Assembly: GCA_965243135.1 (NCBI GenBank)
Contig: OZ251539.1
Span: forward strand, 1,248,001-1,312,000
Reading direction: 5' to 3'
DNA length: 64,000 nucleotides
From: Alphaproteobacteria bacterium
Lineage (GTDB): Bacteria; Pseudomonadota; Alphaproteobacteria; MPNO01; UBA830
Numbering within the stretch: the stretch's first letter is position 1; every line of letters starts with the position of its first letter. This document shows, one piece after another, positions 11,077-19,348 of the stretch. Below the pieces are notes generated by a model. That model ran no database searches and had not been told where the DNA came from. It worked only from the letters and a program-made list of their open reading frames with translations. Made by a program: the position numbers and the translations under genes.

Positions 11077-12612
11077 TCAGGCGGTCTCGAAATCGAACCC
11101 GACGACGTTGCGCTCCTCGCGGCTGAACTCCACCCCGATCAGGTGGACCGAACGCCCGAGGTGGCGGTATTTGTCCGCGTAACCCTTCTCCCGCAGCTGC
11201 GCGAGCGCGGTCCCCTCTCGCCCGCGCTCCACCACCTTGAACTCGAACAGGTAGACGCGCCCGCCCGCGCGGATCGCCATGTCGGCGCGCCCCCGGCTGC
11301 CGCTGTCCTCGGCCACCGGCTCGAAGCCCTCCATCAGGAAGCAGCTGTGGATGACGCTCGCGTAGTGGGCCTCGTACTTCGCGACGGGGCTGGTCGCGTA
11401 CCACTGGTGCGGGATGGCGGCGAAGACGCCGCGGAACAGGGTCCCGAGGCGCTCGAAGTCGTTCGCTTCCAGCAGTTCGCCCAGCCGCAGGCGCTGCGTC
11501 TTCTTGCGGGCCTCGACCGGGAGCAGTTCTCCCAGCAGGGCCTCGCCCAGGCTCCGGCGCACCTCGAGGTTCGGGTAGTCCAGCCGGTAGCGCCCGTCCT
11601 CCTCGCCAGCGATGGTCAGGTAGCCGGTCTGGAACAGAAGCGCCTCGACCGAGATATTGTCCACGTCGAAGGTCGAGAGCAGGCTCTCGCTGCCGATCAT
11701 GCCGTCCAGGTCGGGAGTGGGCAGGTCGCGGCGCGCCAGCGTCTCGACCAGGAAGGTCGGCGTGCCGCTATGGAACCAGTAGTTGCCGAACTTGCGTTTG
11801 TCGAACAGCAGCAGGAGGCCGAACGGGTTGTAGATCCTCTCCGGTCCGAGCCAGTTGTAGCCGTTGTACCAGCGGCGGACCTCGTCCCGGTCCAGGCCCT
11901 CGAGTTCCGGGGCGAAGACCGCATCCAGTTCGTCGTCCGTGTAACCGCAGATATCGCCGTAGCGCTCGTCCAGCGTGATGTCGTTCAGGTTGTTCAGGCC
12001 CGAGAACAGGCCTGCCTTCGAGAACTTGCTCACCCCCGTCAGGAAAACGAAACGGAGATGCTCGTCGCAGTCCTTGACCGCCCCGTACAGGCTGCGCAGG
12101 AAGTCGCGGTTGGCCCGCGCCAGTTCCCGGTCGCCGAGCGCGTCCAGGATCGGCTTGTCGTATTCGTCGACCAGCACGACCGCCCGCTGCCCGGTGCGCT
12201 CGTGCAGGGCTTCGATCAATTCCCCGAAACGGTTCGATGCCTCGACGGGATCCGGTTCGAGGCCGGCGCGCCTCTCCGCCGCCGCCAGCTGCCTTTCCAC
12301 GGTTATCCGAACCCCGTCCGGGACGACGAAATTGCCCCTGCCGAAGCTGAGCCGCACGACCGGATGGCGCGCCGACCAGTCCCACCTGCCGTGCACGGAG
12401 AGGCCCCGGAACAACTCTTCGCTTCCCTCGAACAGCTTCTGCAGCGTGTCCACCAGGAGGGTCTTGCCGAACCGGCGCGGACGCGACAGGAAGTAGTACT
12501 TGCCCCTCTCGACGAGGCGGCGCACATGGTCCGTCTTGTCGACGTAGTAGCAGTTCATCCCCCGGATCTCCCGGAGGGAGGAAAAGCCGATCGGAAGCAT
12601 GCGTTTCGTCAT
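11077..12612 (-). CDS. AAA-ATPase-like (PF09820-type) + PD-(D/E)XK_9 nuclease, array copy 2
   Basis: MTKRMLPIG start; Walker [10 protein letters not shown]; Walker B LVDEYDKP; C-terminal GRADM...FEFK...ALAQL..KGYA. Confidence 0.9.
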   Translation of the reverse strand: MTKRMLPIGFSSLREIRGMNCYYVDKTDHVRRLVERGKYYFLSRPRRFGKTLLVDTLQKLFEGSEELFRGLSVHGRWDWSARHPVVRLSFGRGNFVVPDGVRITVERQLAAAERRAGLEPDPVEASNRFGELIEALHERTGQRAVVLVDEYDKPILDALGDRELARANRDFLRSLYGAVKDCDEHLRFVFLTGVSKFSKAGLFSGLNNLNDITLDERYGDICGYTDDELDAVFAPELEGLDRDEVRRWYNGYNWLGPERIYNPFGLLLLFDKRKFGNYWFHSGTPTFLVETLARRDLPTPDLDGMIGSESLLSTFDVDNISVEALLFQTGYLTIAGEEDGRYRLDYPNLEVRRSLGEALLGELLPVEARKKTQRLRLGELLEANDFERLGTLFRGVFAAIPHQWYATSPVAKYEAHYASVIHSCFLMEGFEPVAEDSGSRGRADMAIRAGGRVYLFEFKVVERGREGTALAQLREKGYADKYRHLGRSVHLIGVEFSREERNVVGFDFETA

Positions 12613-12618
12613 TCGAAA

Positions 12619-12647
12619 AGAGTAGGCCGCCGCGCCGGAACCGTCAA
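12619..12647 (-). promoter_or_regulatory. sigma70-like promoter, leaderless; an equivalent element precedes all 11 AAA-nuclease copies
   Basis: TTGACG-17 nt-TACTCT-6 nt-ATG with no Shine-Dalgarno; same spacing in every copy. Confidence 0.7.
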
Positions 12648-12749
12648 GAAGTCGGCGGCCGCGAGGCGCCGCGGCGATTCCCGCCAGGGCGGCGTTCTTT
12701 CCGAAGGCGGCTGTCGAAAGTCCGAACAGGACGTCGACGGCTCCCGGCT

Positions 12750-14282
12750 TCAGACGGTCTCGAACCTGAAATCCACGATATTGCGTTCTTCCCGGCCGAA
12801 CTCCACCCCGATCAGGTGAATCTGCATGCCCGGACGCCGGTACTTGTCCGCGTAACCGCGTTCTCGAATCTGCGCCAGCGCCCGGCCTTCCGGCTTCCCG
12901 TCCGCGACCTTGAACTCGAACAGGTAGACGCCGCCGTCGTACAGGACCGTCAGGCGGCCGCGCGCCGTGCTCTCCTCCGCGCGGACGTCCATCCCCGCCG
13001 CCGCGATGTGCGAGTAGAACACGCTCGCATAGTGGTCCTCGTAGCCCGCCATGCCCGTGTTCGCGTACCACTCGTTCGGGATGCTCGCCAGGAACGCCCG
13101 GAATCGCCGCTCAAGGCCCGCGAAGTCGTTCGTCCGCATCAGGCGGCGCAGGCTCTCCGCCGCGACCGTAGCGTCCGGCGCCATCGCCTCCAGCAGGAGT
13201 GCGTTCAGGCTGCGCTTCACCTCATGGTTCGGGTAGTCCAGCCGGTAGAGGGGCGCGTCCTCGTCCGGCTCTTCGCCGACGATGGTCAGGTAGCCGGTCT
13301 GGAACAGCAGCGCCTCGACGGGGATGCGGTCGATGTCGATGGCCGACAGCAGGTCGTCGTCCGCGAACATGCCCTCCAGGGCCGGCGCCGAGACCCGGCA
13401 CCGCGCCAGAAGGTCGACGAGGAAAGTCGGCGTGCCGCTCTGGAACCAGTACGGGCGGAATCTGCGCTTGTCGAACAGCAGCAGGATGTCGTGCGGATTG
13501 TAGACCCTTTCCGGTCCGAGCCAGTTGTAGCCGTTGTACCAGCGGCGGACCTCGTCCCGGTCCAGGCCGTCGAGTTCCGGGGCGAACACCGCGTCCAGTT
13601 CATCGTCGGTGTAGCCGCATATGGCGCCGTAGCGCTCGTCCAGCGTGATGTCGTTCAGGTTGTTCAGGCCCGAGAAAATGCCCGCCTGCGAGAACTTGCT
13701 CACCCCCGTCAGGAAAACGAAGCGGAGATGCTCGTCGCAGTCCTTGATGACCCCGTACAGGTCCCGCAGGAAGCTGCGGTTGGCCAGCGCCAGTTCCCGG
13801 TCGCCGAGCGCGTCCAGGATCGGCTTGTCGTACTCGTCCACCAGCACGACCGCCTGCTGTCCGGTGCGCTCGTACAGCGTCCGTATCAAGCGCTGGAAAC
13901 GGATCGCCGCCCCGGCGGTGCCCGGTTCGAGGCCGGCCTGTATCTCCGTCTCTTCCAGCTGCGCTTCCACGGTTTCCCGAACGCGGTCGGGGACGACGAA
14001 ATTGCGCCCGCCGAAGCTGAGCCGCACGACCGGGTGGCGCGCCGACCAGTCCCACCTGCCGTGCACGGAGAGGCCCCGGAACAGCTCCTCGCTTCCCTCG
14101 AACAGCTTCTGCAGCGTGTCCACCAGCAAGGTCTTGCCGAACCTGCGCGGACGCGACAGGAAGTAGTACTTGCCCCTCTCGACGAGGCGGCGCGCATGGT
14201 CCGTCTTGTCGACGTAGTAGCAGTTCATCCCCCGGATCTCCCGGAGGGAGGAAAAGCCGATCGGAAGCATGCGTTGCGTCAT
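12750..14282 (-). CDS. AAA-ATPase-like + PD-(D/E)XK, array copy 3 (divergent C-terminal half)
   Basis: N-half nearly identical to other copies; sequence diverges from about YNPHDILL; nuclease motif reads GRLTV...FEFK. Confidence 0.88.
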   Translation of the reverse strand: MTQRMLPIGFSSLREIRGMNCYYVDKTDHARRLVERGKYYFLSRPRRFGKTLLVDTLQKLFEGSEELFRGLSVHGRWDWSARHPVVRLSFGGRNFVVPDRVRETVEAQLEETEIQAGLEPGTAGAAIRFQRLIRTLYERTGQQAVVLVDEYDKPILDALGDRELALANRSFLRDLYGVIKDCDEHLRFVFLTGVSKFSQAGIFSGLNNLNDITLDERYGAICGYTDDELDAVFAPELDGLDRDEVRRWYNGYNWLGPERVYNPHDILLLFDKRRFRPYWFQSGTPTFLVDLLARCRVSAPALEGMFADDDLLSAIDIDRIPVEALLFQTGYLTIVGEEPDEDAPLYRLDYPNHEVKRSLNALLLEAMAPDATVAAESLRRLMRTNDFAGLERRFRAFLASIPNEWYANTGMAGYEDHYASVFYSHIAAAGMDVRAEESTARGRLTVLYDGGVYLFEFKVADGKPEGRALAQIRERGYADKYRRPGMQIHLIGVEFGREERNIVDFRFETV

Positions 14283-15016
14283 TCGAAGAGGGTAGGCCGC
14301 CGCGCCGGAGCCGTCAAGAAGTCGGCGGTGGCAGGCCTGTCCCGCGCTGCGTCGCACGACAAGCAGCTGGCAGTTTCCACGGCGGTACAGGCGGCCGGCG
14401 AAGAGATGACGCTCTTGCCCGAACGCTTCGTGACTGGCACGCCTCCGCCGTCGGCGCAGGCGGCTCTCCGTCCCCAGTCGACGCCGACAGGCCATGCTTT
14501 GCCCCACGCCCGCGCTCGCTGAATCCTGTACCGGGCGGCGCGAACTACCCGCAGGGCGTCCGGCCACTGGGCACGGATTCTCCGCAGGCGTCCGAGGCGC
14601 AGGGGTTGCAAGGTTGGTCGATCCTCTTCGTCCACCGAGGACGAAGTTCCCGAATGTTGCAGTGAAACGGCGCTCTCCAGCTCTCCGCACTCCGGCCGAA
14701 TCAGGGGAGCGTCAGCCCGGAAAAATGGTGCTGAAATGACACGGGGGATGGCTGTCTGGGTCGGGCCTCGGCATCGTCGAACAATGCCGGCATGGCGGCT
14801 AAAACGATTTCCCGGCCCGTAAAGCCGTCGGGGGACGCCGCCCCGGGCCCGAGTTCCCGGCCGCCTCCTCGGCGGGGCGTCCCGTCAAGCCGCCGGCGTG
14901 CAAGGCGACGAACCGGCTCCCGCCCTCGACGAAGCGCTGGCCGACCCGAATCTGCGACAGCCTTTCGCGGAGTTGGCTGCCGAACTGTCCGAACGGGACG
15001 TCGCACTCGCCCGGCT

Positions 15017-16540
15017 TCAGGCGGCCTCGCAATCGAACCCGACGACGTTGCGCTCCTCGCGGCTGAACTCCACCCCGATCAGGTGGACCGAACGCCCGAG
15101 ATGGCGGTACTTGTCCGCATAGCCCTTCTCCCGCAACTGCGCGAGCGCGACCCCCTCCCGCCCGCGCTCCACCACCTTGAACTCGAACAGGTAGACGCGC
15201 CCGCCGGCGCGGATCGCCATGTCGGCGCGCCCCCGGCTGCCGCTGTCCTCGGCCACCGGCTCGAAGCCCTCCATCAGGAAGCAACTGTGGATGACGCTCG
15301 CGTAGTGGGCCTCGTACACCGGGCTGTTCATGTACCACTGGTGCGGGATGGCGGCGAAAATGCCGCGGAACAGGGTTTCGAGACGCTTGAAGTCGTTCGC
15401 CTCCAGCAATTCGCCCAGCCGCAGGTTCTCCGTTTCCTCGCGGGCCTCGGCCGGGAGCAGTTCTTCCAGCAGGGCCTCGCCCAGGCTCTGGCGCACCTCG
15501 AGGTTCGGGTAGTCCAGTCGGTAGCGCCCGTCCTCCTCGCCCGCGATGGTGAGGTAGCCGGTCTGGAACAGAAGCGCCTGGACCGACATCCTGTCCACGT
15601 CGAAGGCCGAGAGCAGGCTCTCGCTGCCGATCATGCCGTCCAGGCGGGGAGTGGGCAGGTTGCGGCGCGCCAGCGTTTCGATCAGGAAGGTCGGCGTGCC
15701 GCTCTCGAACCAGTAGTTGCCGAACCTGCGCTCGGCGAACAGCAGCAGGAGGCCGAACGGATTGTAGAGCTTCTCCGGCCCGCACCAGTTGTAGCCGTTG
15801 TACCAGCGGCGGACCTTCTCCCGGTCCAGGCCCTCCAGTTCCGGGGCGAACACCGCGTCCAGCTCCGCGTCCGTGCAGCCGCAGATGTCCGAGAACTCCG
15901 GCGCCAGCGTGATGTCGCGCAGGTTGTTCAGGCCAGAGAACAGGCCTGCCAACTTGCTCACCCCCGTCAGGAAAACGAAACGGAGATGCCTGTCGCAGTC
16001 CTTGATAACCCCGTACAGGTCGCGCAGGAAGCCGCGGTTGGCCAGCGCCAGTTCCCGGTCGCCGAGCGCGTCCAGGATCGGTTTGTCGTATTCGTCCACC
16101 AGCACGACCGCCTGCTGTCCGGTGCGCTCGTGCAGCGTCCGTATCATGCGCTGGAAACGGATCGCCGCCCCGGCGGTGCCCGGTTCGAGGCCAGCCTGTA
16201 TCTCCGTCTCTTCCAGCTGCGCTTCCACGGTTTCCCGAACGCGGTCGGGGACGACGAAATTGCGCCCGCCGAAGCTGAGCCGCACGACCGGGTGGCGCGC
16301 CGACCAGTCCCACCTGCCGTGCACGGCGAGGCCCCGGAACAGCTCCTCGCTTCCCTCGAACAGCTCCTGCAGCGTGTCCACCAGGAGGGTCTTGCCGAAC
16401 CGGCGCGGACGCGACAAGAAATAGTAATCGCCCCCTTCGACGAGGCGGCGCACATGGTCCGTCTTGTCGACGTAGTAGCAGTTCCTCGTCCGGATTTTCC
16501 AGAGGGAGGTCATGCCGATCGGAAGCATGCGTTTCGCCAT
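15017..16540 (-). CDS. AAA-ATPase-like + PD-(D/E)XK nuclease, array copy 4
   Basis: 507-aa ORF with the same Walker A/B and nuclease motifs. Confidence 0.9.
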   Translation of the reverse strand: MAKRMLPIGMTSLWKIRTRNCYYVDKTDHVRRLVEGGDYYFLSRPRRFGKTLLVDTLQELFEGSEELFRGLAVHGRWDWSARHPVVRLSFGGRNFVVPDRVRETVEAQLEETEIQAGLEPGTAGAAIRFQRMIRTLHERTGQQAVVLVDEYDKPILDALGDRELALANRGFLRDLYGVIKDCDRHLRFVFLTGVSKLAGLFSGLNNLRDITLAPEFSDICGCTDAELDAVFAPELEGLDREKVRRWYNGYNWCGPEKLYNPFGLLLLFAERRFGNYWFESGTPTFLIETLARRNLPTPRLDGMIGSESLLSAFDVDRMSVQALLFQTGYLTIAGEEDGRYRLDYPNLEVRQSLGEALLEELLPAEAREETENLRLGELLEANDFKRLETLFRGIFAAIPHQWYMNSPVYEAHYASVIHSCFLMEGFEPVAEDSGSRGRADMAIRAGGRVYLFEFKVVERGREGVALAQLREKGYADKYRHLGRSVHLIGVEFSREERNVVGFDCEAA

Positions 16541-16600
16541 TCCAAGAGAGTAGGCCGCCGCGCCGGAGCCGTCAAGGAAAGCGTCATTAACATGCGTTCG

Positions 16601-16725
16601 GTTCGTTCGTCGTCGGCGGGAGCGAGCGCCGATAGCGGTGAGGCGAACGGCTCTCGACGGTGAACGGAGAGCTTACGCAAACGGTTTTTCGCTTCTTGGC
16701 CGGGCGGTTGACGAGGAGGGTCGGC
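16601..16725 (-). repeat. Diverged partial copy of an internal mod segment (17578-17715)
   Basis: Aligns by eye, with mostly third-codon-position differences and one 13-nt gap. Confidence 0.75.
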
Positions 16726-16793
16726 ACCGATGATCGCGCGCGGCGACAACGAAGCAAGTCGGCAAGACAACGCTGACCGTTCGTCGAGTTGGC

Positions 16794-19344
16794 TCACTTC
16801 ACTTCGCGAATTGCCGTCATCTCGGTATGCGTCGTCGTAACTATCCGGACAGCGATGCGTCCTTTCTTCGGGCGGGAGAACGACGCCGAGCGGAGGGACA
16901 GCATGGCATCCCACAGGGACGGATCGATTCTCTTGCCGAGTCGACGCTTCAGCCTCTTTATCTGGCCGTCCCCGTTCTTGCCGGGAAAGTGGATACGACG
17001 GGCGAAAAACGACTTGCCGTCGTACTCGGTATCGATCATCCAGCAATCGACGTTTTCCGGGCCGCCGTTCCGAACCTGGCCTGTCGCCGGGTCGTAGGTG
17101 TCGTAACCGAGCACCTCGACCACGATTTCGTCGTTGGATTGCTCTTCTATCGCGATATCGGGTTCGCCGATCCGGACGAAGGCGTTATCCTCGCTTCCGT
17201 CCTGGAGGTTGCCTACTTGGAAATCCCGATTCGCCTGCACCTTGAGAATGCTCAGGCGGCCCCGGCGTTCGGTTTCGCGCAACCGCGCGTCCGCCTCGAA
17301 TTCGAAGCCGACGATCGCCAGCCGCCTCACGCTGGGAATGCCCGCCGCCTGCTCGGCCGCATGGTCGATGAGTTCCTTCGACACCGTACGGTCGTCCGGA
17401 GCGATCAGTATGGCCGCCTTGTCGGAGCCGACTCGGGCGAGATGCGTGATCAGCGCCGCATCGTCGGAGGGCGGCCAATCGACGATGTCCTCGACAGGGA
17501 TGCGGTCCCGTTCATCCCGGATGCCGGAGATTTCCAGAGCGTTCAAGATCGCCTTCCGGGCATTTGCGTTGTGTTCCGTTCGTTCGTCGTCGGCGGGAGC
17601 GAGCGCCGACATCGGATCGATATATCGGTGAGGCGAATGACTCTCGACGGTGAACGGCGAGCTCACGCGAACGGTGTTTCGCTTTTTGGCCGGACGGTTG
17701 ACGAGGAGGGTCGGCGGCGCATCCCGATCGTAAGCGAGAATGGCGGCGCTGACGTCAGGCACGCGCTCGTACACGAAACCCTTTGCCGGATCTTCGCCGT
17801 AGCTGTCCGAATCCCTGAAAGACCGGCCGGACAGTTCCGATTCCTTCATGGCGCCGTCCCGCGAGTCCTGCAGCATGAAATAGTCGAAGGTCCCGGTCGC
17901 GATGCGTTGCCGCGCGAGGCTGACAGCGACGGCGGAACAATCCGTAGTGATCCAGCGCCGCCCCCATTTTTCGGCGACGAAAGCGGTCGTTCCGGATCCG
18001 CAGGTGGGATCGAGGACGAGATCGCCCGGATCGGTCGCCATGAGAATGGAGCGTTCGATAACGGATTCGGCGGTCTCTACGACGTAATGCAGATCGTTCG
18101 GCGACATTTGCCGCTGCCACAGGTTGTTGATGCGACGGCCGGGAACTTCCTCTTCGTAACGCTTCCAACCGAGCAGACCCCCAGGGTTCGCCGCGTCTAA
18201 TCGTCCGAGTTCCGCAAGCCGGTCGAGGCCTTCGGGACTGACGCGCCACTGCTCGCCCGGCGGACACGGATAGGTCGTACCGTTCCATGCGTAGGGCTCG
18301 GATCTGCCCGTTGTCGACTCTCCAGGCGAAGCGAGACGCATGCGCCGATATATGCGAGCCCCATCGGGAAGATATCTGTCCGGATCGTCGCGCTCGTCCT
18401 TTGTCAATCCTTGTGACTTACCGTTTTTCAATTCTAGCATCGCATCAAAACTCATATGTTCGATTTTCTCTTTTCTCGTTAGCGGTTCATATAGTTGATG
18501 GTATTTTACATTTGGCTTGTTCTTGGCAAACCAAAGCAAGTAATCGGCAACGCTTGGCAAAGTGTTAGAGGACGTACCGCCGCTCTTGGCAAACGGCACC
18601 GTCGCCACGCGGTTTTCCGATCCGAATACTTCGTCGAGCAGAATCGCCAGCCGGTGGACGTTTTCGGATCCGATCTGGAGGAAGAAACTGCCGGTATCGT
18701 GCAGCAATTCCCGCGCATGGACGGCGATGCGGAAAACGTTGTCGAGATAGGAATGGATGCCGTTCTTGTAGGTGTCCCGGAATGCCTGGATGCTTCCTCT
18801 ATCGTTCGGAACGTCTTCGTTCTTCTCGCCTACCTTGCGGCTGCGGGTGTCCGCCTGCATGTTCGACTTGAAACTGATGCCGTAGGGCGGATCGAAATAG
18901 ATCATCTGCACCTTGCCGGCCATGCTCTCCTTTTGGAGCAACGATGCCATCACGTGGCGGGCTTCGCCCCTGACGATGCGGTTCTGCCAGTTGCCGCGAT
19001 GGGCGTACCATTCGAACGCCGCGTTCTCCGGAAGGTTGTTGAAGTCTTCGAAGAGCGTGGCTTCGGGGGCGCGGGTTCCGAGCGAATCGACGAACGCCGA
19101 CGGATGGATCTTCTCCTGGACGTATAGCGGCGTCGCCGGCGTGCTTACTTCGGTTTCATCGCGGTTCCAGGACAATATAGGAACGCGAATTTTCGGGGGG
19201 GGGGGGGGGGGGCGGTTGATAAGCAATCGGCGCCCGGTCGGCCTCCTCCATGTACCGGCTGGTCTGTTCGGTCGGCGGATTGGTCCGGTCGGCGCCGCCA
19301 TGTCGATAGTGCTTCGGCTTGCTGGGTTTGCGGGAAGACGGCAT
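16794..19344 (-). CDS. mod: Type III R-M adenine methyltransferase (Mod), out of frame at a C18 tract
   Basis: DPPY and DPTCGSGTT motifs; PLYVQEKIHP. ATG at 19344 has an AGGAG RBS just after the res stop but is in a different frame from the body; removing one C restores the frame. Confidence 0.85.
19195..19212 (-). repeat. Poly-C(18) tract (G18 on + strand) in the 5' part of mod
   Basis: Counted directly from the sequence. Confidence 0.9.
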
Positions 19345-19348
19345 GGCG

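Noticed and set aside
16601-17715. DGR template/variable repeat pair
   Set aside because: Differences are not adenine-specific, mostly fall at third codon positions, and no reverse transcriptase is present.
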